From an uncultured Chromatiaceae bacterium (GTDB lineage: Bacteria > Pseudomonadota > Gammaproteobacteria > JAADHS01), in assembly GCA_964421045.1 (NCBI GenBank), contig CAYQVF010000010.1, positions 118 to 64,117 of the forward strand: a DNA stretch of 64,000 bases, in the 5' to 3' direction. A program made the position numbers and the translations under genes. Position 1 is the stretch's first letter. Every line of letters begins with the position of its first letter. Positions 30,384-39,730 of this stretch are shown piece after piece. Under the pieces are notes generated by a model. It was not told the DNA's origin and did no database searches. It worked only from the letters and a program-made list of their open reading frames with translations.

Positions 30384-30396
30384 CGACGTCTAGTCA

Positions 30397-32091
30397 TCAA
30401 AAATTGCTGGGGTTTGTTATTGCTTTTGGTTTTCCTCTGACAAATTGAGCCCATTGCAAGCCGCGAAAGATGCGGTTGTTGTCCTGGATGCGTAAGAACC
30501 CTGTCTTTCCGGAAAAATGCTGGTAACGGTATTTGCTTAGGCGGGGTAAATGGGGTAGGAGCGCATAACTATCTATACCTAAGGCGTAGAGTCGTTTCAA
30601 GGGTTTGATGTTGCCTGTTGATGCAGACTCGATGGTTTGCCAGAGGGGGTTGGGTTGTGCGGTATTAATGATCCATGGCATATCGCAAAAGCGGATACCA
30701 TTCAGATCTCTATCGGCGCTGGGGTCGGGGTTGCCTGTGTAGACATGGGAGGTCGCATAAACAGGTAAATCAGCTGCATAGAAAAATTTGAGTTGAGGGC
30801 GAATTTGTCTTGCTTGCTGGGGTTGTGCGGCAATAAAAACAAAATCAATATCTTGTCTTCGTCTTGGTTCGCTATGTACTTTTTTCCCGAGAAAGCGGCC
30901 AATTTCTTTTATTCTAGCTTTACTTTCATCAAGATTGAGCACGGCCTGCAGCGGACTTGAAAAATTATTTGTGTTAGGGGTATAGGTTGTTGTTTCTACG
31001 GTAATTCCCCCTAGTTGTGACCAGGTTTCGTTGAAGGCGTTGGCAATTCGGTGACCCCATGGCGAGTCGGGTGTGATTAAAATAGCTTGGTTATGGCCAT
31101 CTAGCCAGGCTTTTTCTGCGACTTGTTCAGCCTCATCTTCGGGCGCCAGGCCAAATTGAAATAAATTTTCGGGGGGAGGCGTTTTGTGGGTGCTGTAGTT
31201 GAGCGCCAGCGTAGGCACAGGTAGTGATTCCTGGGTTGCTAGAATATTGACACCCTCTTTATTGAGTGGGCCGATAATGACGTCAGCGCCTTCCGCCACA
31301 GCTTTTTCGTAGGCGATCCAAGTTTGTTCAGCCAGTGTGCCGGAGTCGTAAAAGCGTAACGTAGGGCTGAACTCTTCCTTTTGGGATTGGTAAAAAGCCG
31401 CAGCAAACCCGTCTCGAATCGCCGTGGCGGGTTTGGCAAAAGGGCCGGAAGCGGGCAGGAGTAGCGCGATATTACGAGGTTGAAAAAGGTCTGAGCGTTC
31501 AAGTTCCAGCAATGATGTTAATAGTTTTGATGAGGCGGGGTGGTCAGGATAGGTTTCTTGCCATAAAGAGAGTTCTTGTTCAAAATCAATGCTAATTTTG
31601 TTTTGTCGATGGTAAAGTTGGGCAAGTGCAAGCCATCCTGTTTCAGAATTTTCTATAGTATTATTATTGAGATTTTCTAGGTTTTGAGGTGACATCATGG
31701 CCAATAACGGCCATAGCTGTTCTTCTATCGCAATGCGTTCTTCAGCCGAATTTTCTGGTGATCGCATGAGTGTTTGAGCGGCAAGTTCACGTTGTCCGGT
31801 TTGTTGATAGGCTTGAGCACGAAGTTGATAGAGCTCGGGGATCAAATGTTCAGATATCGCATCGGATGATAAGGGAATAAGTAATGTGAGCGCCTCCTGC
31901 GGCATTTTTTTATTGAGTAATTCGCTGGCGTTAAACAGTAAGGCTTGGGTCTTGTTTTCACCTTGATCATCTGGGTTCGAGTCTGGGGGTGAGATGGGTG
32001 TTGTGGTGCATCCGTAAAGGAACAGGGCTGAAATTAAGAGTATAATGCTGCGTATGCGTATTATAGGTAAAACAGAGTATGGATTATCCAT
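30397..32091 (-). CDS. lpoA: penicillin-binding protein activator LpoA (outer-membrane lipoprotein)
   Basis: The six-frame ORF extends to 32463, but the plausible start is ATG at 32091 (MDNPYSVLPIIRIRSIILLISALFLYGCTT, lipobox LYGC). N-terminal TPR-like region plus a C-terminal periplasmic-binding-protein-like domain. Divergent from rsmI as in E. coli. Confidence 0.75.
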   Translation of the reverse strand: MDNPYSVLPIIRIRSIILLISALFLYGCTTTPISPPDSNPDDQGENKTQALLFNASELLNKKMPQEALTLLIPLSSDAISEHLIPELYQLRAQAYQQTGQRELAAQTLMRSPENSAEERIAIEEQLWPLLAMMSPQNLENLNNNTIENSETGWLALAQLYHRQNKISIDFEQELSLWQETYPDHPASSKLLTSLLELERSDLFQPRNIALLLPASGPFAKPATAIRDGFAAAFYQSQKEEFSPTLRFYDSGTLAEQTWIAYEKAVAEGADVIIGPLNKEGVNILATQESLPVPTLALNYSTHKTPPPENLFQFGLAPEDEAEQVAEKAWLDGHNQAILITPDSPWGHRIANAFNETWSQLGGITVETTTYTPNTNNFSSPLQAVLNLDESKARIKEIGRFLGKKVHSEPRRRQDIDFVFIAAQPQQARQIRPQLKFFYAADLPVYATSHVYTGNPDPSADRDLNGIRFCDMPWIINTAQPNPLWQTIESASTGNIKPLKRLYALGIDSYALLPHLPRLSKYRYQHFSGKTGFLRIQDNNRIFRGLQWAQFVRGKPKAITNPSNF

Positions 32092-32134
32092 GTTAGGCCT
32101 TTTTGTCTCTTTAACTATAAATGGGTCGTGATTT

Positions 32135-32980
32135 GTGTCAAACCTGACGGGAACATTATACGTGGTTGCGACGCCGATAGGGCATCTGGGCGATATTTCC
32201 GCACGTGCCTTAGAGGTTTTACAAAGTGTGGATTGTATTGCCGCTGAAGACACGAGACGAACTTTATCACTCTTAAGACATTTTGGCATCCAAACACGCT
32301 GTATTGCTTGCCATGACCACAATGAAAAAAATGCAGCGAAGGGCTTGATCAAGTTATTGTCAGAAGGCAAAAATATTGCGTTAGTGAGCGATGCGGGTAC
32401 GCCTTTAATCAGCGATCCAGGTTTTATTTTGGTGCGCAACGCGATCAACAGGAAAGAGATCAATGTTGTTCCTGTTCCGGGGCCGTGTGCCGCTATTGCG
32501 GCATTAAGCGCTGTTGGGATGACGACCCGAAAATTTATCTTTGAAGGGTTTTTGCCTGCAAAAAAAACAGAACGACAACGTTACCTGAGTACCTTGCAGA
32601 AAGAGCAACGCACTCTGGTTTTTTATGAGTCCAGTCATAGAATTGTTGCATTGTTCGATGATTTGGTGGCACAATTTGGAGCGCAACGCAACGTGGCTCT
32701 TGCCAAAGAAATAACAAAATTACATGAAACGTTTAAAGTCGGTGAATTGCAACAAATTGCGGATTGGTTAGGCGAGCAGGACGTTCGTCGCAAAGGTGAA
32801 TTTGTCGTTATTGTCGAAGGCGCGAGTAAAGAGCATGATGATGCCGATCGTATCGAAGCCCGTCGGGTATTAGCAGCACTGCTAACTGAGCTCAGCGTAA
32901 AAAAAGCAAGTAAAATTGCCGCTCAAATCGTTAACTTGAACAAAAATGAGCTGTACCAATTAGCGCTGGAACTTAGGTGA
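32135..32980 (+). CDS. rsmI: 16S rRNA (cytidine1402-2'-O)-methyltransferase RsmI
   Basis: LYVVATPIGHLGDISARALEVL...DCIAAEDTR is a tetrapyrrole-methylase-fold signature of RsmI. Confidence 0.9.
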   Translation: MSNLTGTLYVVATPIGHLGDISARALEVLQSVDCIAAEDTRRTLSLLRHFGIQTRCIACHDHNEKNAAKGLIKLLSEGKNIALVSDAGTPLISDPGFILVRNAINRKEINVVPVPGPCAAIAALSAVGMTTRKFIFEGFLPAKKTERQRYLSTLQKEQRTLVFYESSHRIVALFDDLVAQFGAQRNVALAKEITKLHETFKVGELQQIADWLGEQDVRRKGEFVVIVEGASKEHDDADRIEARRVLAALLTELSVKKASKIAAQIVNLNKNELYQLALELR

Positions 32981-34196
32981 TTGTGGGTAATGAAAACTGA
33001 AATGTGGCACCCTGGCTATGTTCATTATTACGAGCAGTAATACGGCCGTTATGTCCCAGTTCAATAATTTCTTTGCAAATAGCCAGGCCAAGACCTGTGC
33101 CTCCGGCATGGGTATTCGTCATCGAACTTTGTGTGAAAGGTTGAAATATAACATCAAGTTCACCGGGAGGAATGCCGGGTCCTTCATCGATCACTGATAC
33201 GATAGCCTGATTATTGTTTTGTAGTTCAACCTGAATTTGAATGGTGCTGTGCGCCTGCGAAAATTTGACCGCATTAGAAAGTAAATTACGTATGATTTGT
33301 TTTATTTTGTCGGGGTCTGCATCTATGGCAATGCTGGGTTTGCTGTGCGTTAATAGAATCTGAAGTTGCTGCTCTTCTTTGAGTGTTCTAAACTCACTCA
33401 GTGTATTTTTGGCGAGCATGACCAGGTCACAGGTCTCAATATCATAAACCAGTTTCCCAGCTTTGAGCTTGGAAAGGTCGAGTAGATTATTGAGTAAGCT
33501 GAGCAAATTTTCACCGCTGTCTTTGATTTCTTCAAAGTAAAGAGCAAGTTTTTCTTTGTTTGATGTCGCCACTTTTTTAATGCCAAAACGGGCAAAGCTG
33601 AGGATGCCATGAAGTGGTGTGCGTATTTCGTGAGACATATTCGCGACAAAGGCCGACATCGCACGTTCTGCGGCTAAAGCGGCATCGCGAGCTTCTATCA
33701 GGTCTGTAGCTTGTGCGTCAAAATTATCTTGTAGCCGAGCGCGGTACTTTACGAGCTCTTCTTCAATTTGTTTTCTTGCCGTGACCTCTTCCACTGTTGA
33801 ACACAGGCTTGAAGGCTTGCCATTTTTATCGTATATCGTATCCGCACGTTCGAAAATGGTATGTTCTGAGCCGTCTCGGTGGACAACGCGGTATTCTATG
33901 GACAGGGGTTTATTTTGATTCTGGCATCGTGTACGCTCCTGAGTAGTGACCCTTCTATCTTGAGGGTGGATGCGTTCATTGATTTGCTTAATGTCGTGTA
34001 GGTCATCAGGGTTGATGTCGAAAATACGACAAGTTTCTTCAGAAAAAGTAATGCTTTTATTGTCTAAATTGATATTCCAGCTCCCTAATCCAGCAATATG
34101 TTGTGCATTGCGCAAACAGGTATTTTGATAGTTTAAATTTTGCCTTTCTGTTTGTTCATCAGAAGCTAGGTTAATGGCTGATTTTCCTAAAGTCAT
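32973..34196 (-). CDS. cytoplasmic PAS-domain sensor histidine kinase
   Basis: No TM segments. PAS region (WNINLDNKSITFSEE...YRVVHRDGSEHTI), HisKA H-box SHEIRTPL, and N/G1/G2 boxes (LLSNAVKF, DEGPGI, GGTGLGLAICK). Overlaps the response regulator gene by 4 nt. Confidence 0.85.
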   Translation of the reverse strand: MTLGKSAINLASDEQTERQNLNYQNTCLRNAQHIAGLGSWNINLDNKSITFSEETCRIFDINPDDLHDIKQINERIHPQDRRVTTQERTRCQNQNKPLSIEYRVVHRDGSEHTIFERADTIYDKNGKPSSLCSTVEEVTARKQIEEELVKYRARLQDNFDAQATDLIEARDAALAAERAMSAFVANMSHEIRTPLHGILSFARFGIKKVATSNKEKLALYFEEIKDSGENLLSLLNNLLDLSKLKAGKLVYDIETCDLVMLAKNTLSEFRTLKEEQQLQILLTHSKPSIAIDADPDKIKQIIRNLLSNAVKFSQAHSTIQIQVELQNNNQAIVSVIDEGPGIPPGELDVIFQPFTQSSMTNTHAGGTGLGLAICKEIIELGHNGRITARNNEHSQGATFQFSLPTIT

Positions 34197-35323
34197 GCTT
34201 CGCTTACCTCATTTAGTTTGTTAATCAGGCGTTCAAAGCTTGAGTCAATACCGATCCCTGAATTAAACAAGGCGCTGGTTTTAGAGATTCCTTTTTCAGT
34301 AATCTGTGTCAGTGCTTCTTCTTGTGGTAAGGTTAATCCAAATCCAATAATGAGATCGTCTACATCATCTTTTAAGTCTTCAACGATTCGCGCTCCATCC
34401 ACTCGTAAGTGATGATAGGCTTTGCGTATTTCATTCATGCTGTTGTTTGCGGCTTCTATCGTTTCCAATAAATTGTTTTGTTGCTTTTCCAGCTCCAATG
34501 AAGCCATAAGCGCTTGTATTCGTACATCGACCCCGCTTGCGAAGAAGCAAACATGGTCTTTAATGGTGCCATAAAGTACTTCGTTATCAACGGGCATATT
34601 TTTTATGAGTAACGAGACGTGATCAAAGTTAACTATCGTGCGATTACGAAAGTCAAAAAATCGACCTTTCCCTTTTAATTGCTCTAGCAAGGATTTTTCC
34701 AAAGAGCTGATCATGCCAGAGTCACTTAAATAGTGCGTTTGAGCGTTTACTTTAATGCTTGCACTGCAAGACCAGCCTAAAGCTTGGGTGGTGTTAAATA
34801 GCCGTATAGCAATATCTTCTATGGTGTGCGCTTTATAGCTATCATCAATGAATCGTAAAATAATACCGAGTTTGCTCGTGTCTTTCATGGCTTGCAATGC
34901 CATTTTTGTCGCGGTACTGGTTTTCGATAATAAGTCCGAGCGTTGCATCGCCAGCTTGAGGGCGTAGTTTATTTTTAATATTAGTTGATCGTGATCAAAA
35001 GGTTTGACAAAATAATCATCCGCACCGACATCAAATCCTTGCATACGTTCTTCCAGGGAGTTTTTTCCGCTCACGAAAATAACCGAAATTTTGTTCATTT
35101 CTGAATCTTGTTTGAGCTTGATACAGGTTTCATAACCATTGATGCCTGGCATCATAATATCCAATAAAATTAAATCTGGTTTTTCCTGTGCGCTTAGACG
35201 GAGGCATTCCTCTCCGCTGGAGGCGATGAAGAGTGTGAAGTCATCTTCCAGAAGGTTTTCCAGTATGCGTTGGTTCCTTAAGTCATCATCAACAATAATG
35301 ATTTTCTTTTTTTTAGAACACAT
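34193..35323 (-). CDS. response regulator: REC domain plus a roughly 250-aa uncharacterised C-terminal output domain
   Basis: Start reset to ATG at 35323 (MCSKKKKIIIVDDD), which has an upstream GGAGA RBS. The six-frame ORF start at 35428 is unlikely. REC motifs DD, phospho-acceptor D in LILLDIMMPG, T and K. The C-terminal region has no GGDEF/EAL/HD/HTH motif I recognise. Confidence 0.75.
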   Translation of the reverse strand: MCSKKKKIIIVDDDLRNQRILENLLEDDFTLFIASSGEECLRLSAQEKPDLILLDIMMPGINGYETCIKLKQDSEMNKISVIFVSGKNSLEERMQGFDVGADDYFVKPFDHDQLILKINYALKLAMQRSDLLSKTSTATKMALQAMKDTSKLGIILRFIDDSYKAHTIEDIAIRLFNTTQALGWSCSASIKVNAQTHYLSDSGMISSLEKSLLEQLKGKGRFFDFRNRTIVNFDHVSLLIKNMPVDNEVLYGTIKDHVCFFASGVDVRIQALMASLELEKQQNNLLETIEAANNSMNEIRKAYHHLRVDGARIVEDLKDDVDDLIIGFGLTLPQEEALTQITEKGISKTSALFNSGIGIDSSFERLINKLNEVSEA

Positions 35324-35605
35324 CGTTAGTCTCCTTTCCATTTCTGTTTTAACGGCAGAGACAGAGAATGCTATAGAGCTTACATTAAGAGTAAAAAACA
35401 GGACAAATATCAATGGGAAAAGGTACATGATGATTGGGGGAAGCCATTGATAATACGTTACAGCTCAAAAGCTGGAAAAAAGAGAGACCTATCGTGCTAA
35501 TTGCCGTCTATTTTCAGATTTATCCTAAGTCCGACAGGCTCTTAGGTTAAATCACTTTTTTACTTTTAGAGGGTGTGATTGTTACTTTAGTCGAGTATAC
35601 TGATT

Positions 35606-35962
35606 GGCGAGAGTCGGCTGAGTGATCGCGGAAATCTGATTTGGATTTTCGAGGAAAGTCCGGGCTCCATAGGGCAGGGTGCCAGGTAACGCCTGGGAGG
35701 CGCGAGTCTACGGAAAGTGCAGCAGAAAGTATACCGCCGAAGCAAATTCAGCATCGGTAAGGGTGAAAAGGTGTGGTAAGAGCGCACCGCGTCGATGGCA
35801 ACATACGGCGGCAAGGTAAACCCCACTCGGAGCAAGACCAAATAGGGGGGCATTGATGTGGCCCGCATTGCCCCCGGGTAGGTTGCTTGAGGCGTATGGT
35901 GACATGCGTCCAGATGAATGATTACTCACGACAGAACCCGGCTTACAGGCCGACTCTCTCAT
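35606..35962 (+). ncRNA. rnpB: RNase P RNA, bacterial type A
   Basis: GAGGAAAGTCCGGGCTCCATAGGGCAGGGTGCCAGGTAACGCCTGGG..., AGGGTGAAA.GGTG.GGTAAGAGCGCACC and ACAGAACCCGGCTTA match the universally conserved P4/P10-12/P15 regions of E. coli M1 RNA. P1 pairing is GAGAGTCGGC / GCCGACTCTC. The minus-strand ORFs here are artefacts. Confidence 0.9.
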
Positions 35963-36187
35963 TTACATTCTTATAATCCTAAAAACGCAGTCATGTCCAA
36001 CTGCGTTTTCTAGGATAATTCATTTTCAGCAAATCAAACTTCACCGTCTAAGGTTAAAAACCAGATTCTAATTCTAACCGTATGATTTGATAATGGATGT
36101 GGTCGCTTGCTTTTTGCTTCTTCTGAAGTTCTTCGTAAGTATTTGTCTCAAAAGAAAGAATTCCATTGAAATCCTCTTCGTTTTTTC

Positions 36188-36216
36188 TTGACAGGCCTCA
36201 GGTTTACTCTATATTT
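36188..36216 (+). promoter_or_regulatory. sigma70 promoter of the dcw cluster (Pmra): TTGACA-17-ATATTT
   Basis: Perfect -35 TTGACA at 36188-36193, a 17-nt spacer, and a -10-like TATATT/ATATTT about 55 bp upstream of mraZ. Confidence 0.55.
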
Positions 36217-36222
36217 CTACTA

Positions 36223-36258
36223 TGTGGGAATTTGTGGGATAATGTGTGTCATTGTGGG
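36223..36258 (+). promoter_or_regulatory. putative MraZ operator: direct TGTGGG repeats at 10-bp spacing
   Basis: TGTGGG at 36223 and 36233, TGTGTG at 36243, and TGTGGG at 36253, between the promoter and mraZ. MraZ is known to bind TGGGN direct repeats at its own promoter. Confidence 0.55.
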
Positions 36259-36271
36259 CTAGAAGGGGTTT

Positions 36272-36724
36272 TTGGTGGCGATTTCGTTCCGTGGTGCGTC
36301 AGAGTTGAGCTTGGATGCCAAAGGGCGTCTGGCTATGCCTGTACGTCATCGCGAAACGTTACTTGATTTTTGTGGTGGCGATATCGTCGTCACTGTTGAT
36401 TATGCACGTGAAAAATATTTATTGGTCTATCCCCGGCCTCATTGGGAAGTTTTTCAAGAAAAATTAGATGCATGGCCTACTTTTAACCCTGATGTACGGA
36501 TGGTGCAAAGATTGATGCTGGGTTATGCCACAGATACCAAAATGGATGGGAATGGAAGAATTCTCTTGACGCCCGCGTTACGAAAACATGCCGGTTTGGA
36601 AAAACAGGTGGTGCTCATAGGCCAGAATCAACGGTTTGAATTATGGGATAAAACAACATGGGATGAAACTCTTGACGCAGTGGCGTGGTCGGCAGAGCTT
36701 GCGGAAACACTGGAATCTTTGTGA
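36272..36724 (+). CDS. mraZ: division/cell wall cluster transcriptional regulator MraZ
   Basis: FRGASELSLDAKGRLAMP matches the MraZ N-terminus; 150 aa. Confidence 0.9.
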   Translation: MVAISFRGASELSLDAKGRLAMPVRHRETLLDFCGGDIVVTVDYAREKYLLVYPRPHWEVFQEKLDAWPTFNPDVRMVQRLMLGYATDTKMDGNGRILLTPALRKHAGLEKQVVLIGQNQRFELWDKTTWDETLDAVAWSAELAETLESL

Positions 36725-36747
36725 TTAGAGATGAGGTGGTAAAGGTG

Positions 36748-37677
36748 ATGACAGATGCAGATTACCAGCATCAGTCCGTCATGATGACTGAAGCCATCGA
36801 ATCATTGATGATTAAGGCTGAAGGGACTTATGTAGACGCGACTTTTGGTCGGGGTGGGCATGCTATGGCAGTACTTAAAAATTTATCGGATGAAGGCTGT
36901 TTGATGGTGATTGATAAGGATCCTCAAGCCATAGAAAAAGCACAATCATTATTTGCCGATGACCCTCGTGTTTATGTTAAACAGGGCAGCTTTGCTGATG
37001 TCCCGCATTTTTTTGAGGAAGAAAGCTGGACGCAATGTGATGGATTTTTCCTAGATTTGGGTGTTTCATCCCCGCAGTTGGATGATCCACTACGGGGATT
37101 CAGTTTTCAAAAGGAAGGGCCTCTTGATATGCGAATGAATCCGCATGAGGGGCAAAGCGTTGCGCAATGGCTGGCAGGTGCGAGCCAGCACGAAATAGCG
37201 CATGTCTTGTGGGTTTATGGTGAGGAACGTTTTTCAAGGCGGATCGCCCGTGCCATTGTTGCGGCGAGAGATGAGGCGCCTATTTTGACAACAACACAAC
37301 TAGCTCGGTTGATTGCTTCTGTTATACCGACTCGTGAACGTAAAAAAAACCCAGCAACACGTAGTTTTCAAGCATTACGAATTTTTATCAACCGGGAGCT
37401 GGATGAAATCAGCACTTGTTTGCAGGCCGCGTTGAATTTGTTGAGGCCTCAAGGACGTTTAGTTGTGATTAGTTTTCATTCGCTTGAGGACCGTATTGTA
37501 AAACGATTTATCAGAGATCATTCCCGAGCTAAATCATTACCTGTGAGTTTACCCGTGGTCGCAAGTGATATTCACGTTGATTTAAAAAAACGGGGAAAAT
37601 TGAAGGCGGGCAAGGCCGAGGTCGCGCAAAATGCTCGTGCGCGTAGTGCGATTATGCGTATAGCGGAGAAAGTTTAG
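36748..37677 (+). CDS. rsmH: 16S rRNA m4C1402 methyltransferase RsmH (MraW)
   Basis: Start reset to 36748 (MTDADYQHQSVMMTEAIESL...YVDATFGRGGH), aligning with the E. coli RsmH N-terminus. Confidence 0.9.
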   Translation: MTDADYQHQSVMMTEAIESLMIKAEGTYVDATFGRGGHAMAVLKNLSDEGCLMVIDKDPQAIEKAQSLFADDPRVYVKQGSFADVPHFFEEESWTQCDGFFLDLGVSSPQLDDPLRGFSFQKEGPLDMRMNPHEGQSVAQWLAGASQHEIAHVLWVYGEERFSRRIARAIVAARDEAPILTTTQLARLIASVIPTRERKKNPATRSFQALRIFINRELDEISTCLQAALNLLRPQGRLVVISFHSLEDRIVKRFIRDHSRAKSLPVSLPVVASDIHVDLKKRGKLKAGKAEVAQNARARSAIMRIAEKV

Positions 37678-37997
37678 TGGCAGCATCTGCTGATACTGTT
37701 GGCGATTTTCAGGGTACGTTACCATTAGGCTATGGGCGGAGTGTGTCGGTGATATTGCTGGTGGTGGTTGTCATTGTGTCGGCAATTGGCGTCGCGCAAA
37801 CCCGATATGATACCCGGCGATTATTCGTTGAGCTGGAGCAGTTGAAAGCAGATTGTTTGAAGCTTGAAGAAGATTGGGGAAAATTGCAGTTAGAAGAAAG
37901 TACGTATTCAACTCATGGCGCGGTTGAACATAAGGCTCGTTCCCAGTTAGGTATGTTGATGCCCGCTTTAAAAGCCGTGGAGCACCTTTCTCCATGA
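37677..37997 (+). CDS. ftsL: cell division protein FtsL
   Basis: Small bitopic protein with a TM helix (VSVILLVVVVIVSAIGV) and a leucine-zipper-like periplasmic coiled coil, between rsmH and ftsI. Confidence 0.8.
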   Translation: MAASADTVGDFQGTLPLGYGRSVSVILLVVVVIVSAIGVAQTRYDTRRLFVELEQLKADCLKLEEDWGKLQLEESTYSTHGAVEHKARSQLGMLMPALKAVEHLSP

Positions 37998-39730
37998 TGA
38001 CTCACATATTGAAAATGTCATGGCGTCATAGCCTGGTGTTGACTCTTTTTTGTGCTGTTTCTGTGGTGCTGATATGGCGTGCTTTTGATTTGCAGGTGTT
38101 GAATAATACTTTTTACAAAAATAAAGGCGCAAGTACACATATTAGAATGGCGTCTTTACCCGCACATCGTGGCATGATTGTGGATCGTCATGGAGAGCCT
38201 TTAGCGATCAGTACACCGGTTGATTCGGTATGGGTTAATCCAACAAAATTTTCAAATGAAGTTGATGTGGTTTCTACAGTCGCCGACATATTGGATCTGG
38301 ATGCGCAAAGTTTGTTGCAGCGCATTGCCGCGAGGCAGCATAAGAAATTTGTTTATATCAAGCGACGCATTAACCCTGACTTAGCGTCAAAACTGGATCA
38401 GCTTGCCATACCCGGTTTGTATTTACAACGTGAATACCAACGTTTTTATCCAACGGGAGAAGTCAGTGCGCACCTGTTGGGGTTTACCAATATCGATGAC
38501 AAGGGGCAAGAAGGTGTTGAATTCGGTTATGACGCCTGGTTGAAAGGGCAATCGGGACGTTTGCGTGTATTGCAAAATCGTCGGGGACAAGTCGTTTCTA
38601 ATGTGGAAAAATTATCCGAGCGTCAAGAAGGCAAAAGTTTATCTCTGAGCATCGACAAACGTTTGCAATATCTAGCCTATAAAGAATTAAAAGCAGCCGT
38701 AAAACATCATAATGCCCGTTCGGGTTCTTTTATTATTATCGATGTGAAAACAGGAGAAGTACTGGCGATGGTTAACCAGCCTGCTTTTAATCCGAATAGT
38801 CGAGATAAAACGATGGATGGTCGTTACCGAAATCGAGCCTTTACTGATGTATTTGAGCCGGGCTCAACGTTGAAGCCGATTGCTATTGCTGCCGCTGTGG
38901 AACAAGGCTATGTTACTGAATCAACTATAGTCGATACGTCTCCAGGTCAGTTTCATGTGGGTCGTCATTTGATTAAGGATATGAAAAATTATGGTCGAAT
39001 TAATGTAGAGAGCATTATAAAAAAATCGAGCAATGTCGGTGTCAGTAAAATTGCGCTGGGTATGGATAAAGAAGTTTTGTGGCAGACACTTGTCGATTTT
39101 GGTTTTGGTTCTCTTACGGGTGCAGAATTTCCGGGAGAAGCTTTGGGAACGGTGAATGATTTTTATCAATGGCGTCGTATTGATCAAGCAACCGTATCTT
39201 ATGGTTATGGGCTCTCCGCTTCTCTTGCTCAGCTTGCAAGAGCTTATGCGGTCATTGCCAACCAAGGGCATATCGTACCTTTATCTATGTTAAAGGTTAC
39301 TTCAGATGTTGAATCGCATCAAGTTATTAGTGTGTCAACCAGTCGGTCGGTGCTAAAAATGATGGAGCAAGTGGTTTCTGCTGAGGGTACGGCGCCGCTA
39401 GCGCGTATTGCTGGATATCGGGTCGCGGGAAAAACGGGTACGGTTAAAAAAATGGATGCAGGTGGCTATAGTTCGAACCATTATTTATCCTTGTTCGCAG
39501 GTATTGTGCCGGTAAACAATCCACGCCTAGTTGGTGTGGTTGTGGTCGATGACCCTCGTGCCGGTGATTACTATGGTGGAATTGTCGCGGCACCTATTTT
39601 TTCAAAAGTGATGAGCGTTGCGTTAAGAACGATGAATATTTATCCTGATGACTTGCTGGCTGTGAAACCTGCAAAAAACACAAGTGAAATGGGTGCTTTC
39701 ATGAATGCGTCATCCCTGGGTACCTTATGA
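37994..39730 (+). CDS. ftsI: peptidoglycan D,D-transpeptidase FtsI (PBP3)
   Basis: SxxK (STLK), SxN and KTG(T) motifs, with an N-terminal TM anchor. Confidence 0.95.
   Translation: MMTHILKMSWRHSLVLTLFCAVSVVLIWRAFDLQVLNNTFYKNKGASTHIRMASLPAHRGMIVDRHGEPLAISTPVDSVWVNPTKFSNEVDVVSTVADILDLDAQSLLQRIAARQHKKFVYIKRRINPDLASKLDQLAIPGLYLQREYQRFYPTGEVSAHLLGFTNIDDKGQEGVEFGYDAWLKGQSGRLRVLQNRRGQVVSNVEKLSERQEGKSLSLSIDKRLQYLAYKELKAAVKHHNARSGSFIIIDVKTGEVLAMVNQPAFNPNSRDKTMDGRYRNRAFTDVFEPGSTLKPIAIAAAVEQGYVTESTIVDTSPGQFHVGRHLIKDMKNYGRINVESIIKKSSNVGVSKIALGMDKEVLWQTLVDFGFGSLTGAEFPGEALGTVNDFYQWRRIDQATVSYGYGLSASLAQLARAYAVIANQGHIVPLSMLKVTSDVESHQVISVSTSRSVLKMMEQVVSAEGTAPLARIAGYRVAGKTGTVKKMDAGGYSSNHYLSLFAGIVPVNNPRLVGVVVVDDPRAGDYYGGIVAAPIFSKVMSVALRTMNIYPDDLLAVKPAKNTSEMGAFMNASSLGTL

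Noticed and set aside
30397-32463. Six-frame ORF suggesting a 688-aa LpoA overlapping rsmI by ~330 bp
   Set aside because: The N-terminal 124 codons have no signal peptide and overlap the divergent rsmI. An internal ATG at 32091 yields a canonical lipoprotein signal (LYGC lipobox), so the gene is shorter.
35587-35962. Two minus-strand ORFs (93 and 84 aa) in the six-frame track
   Set aside because: They lie entirely antisense to the rnpB RNase P RNA gene, whose conserved sequence blocks are unmistakable. They are ORF artefacts of a structured RNA.
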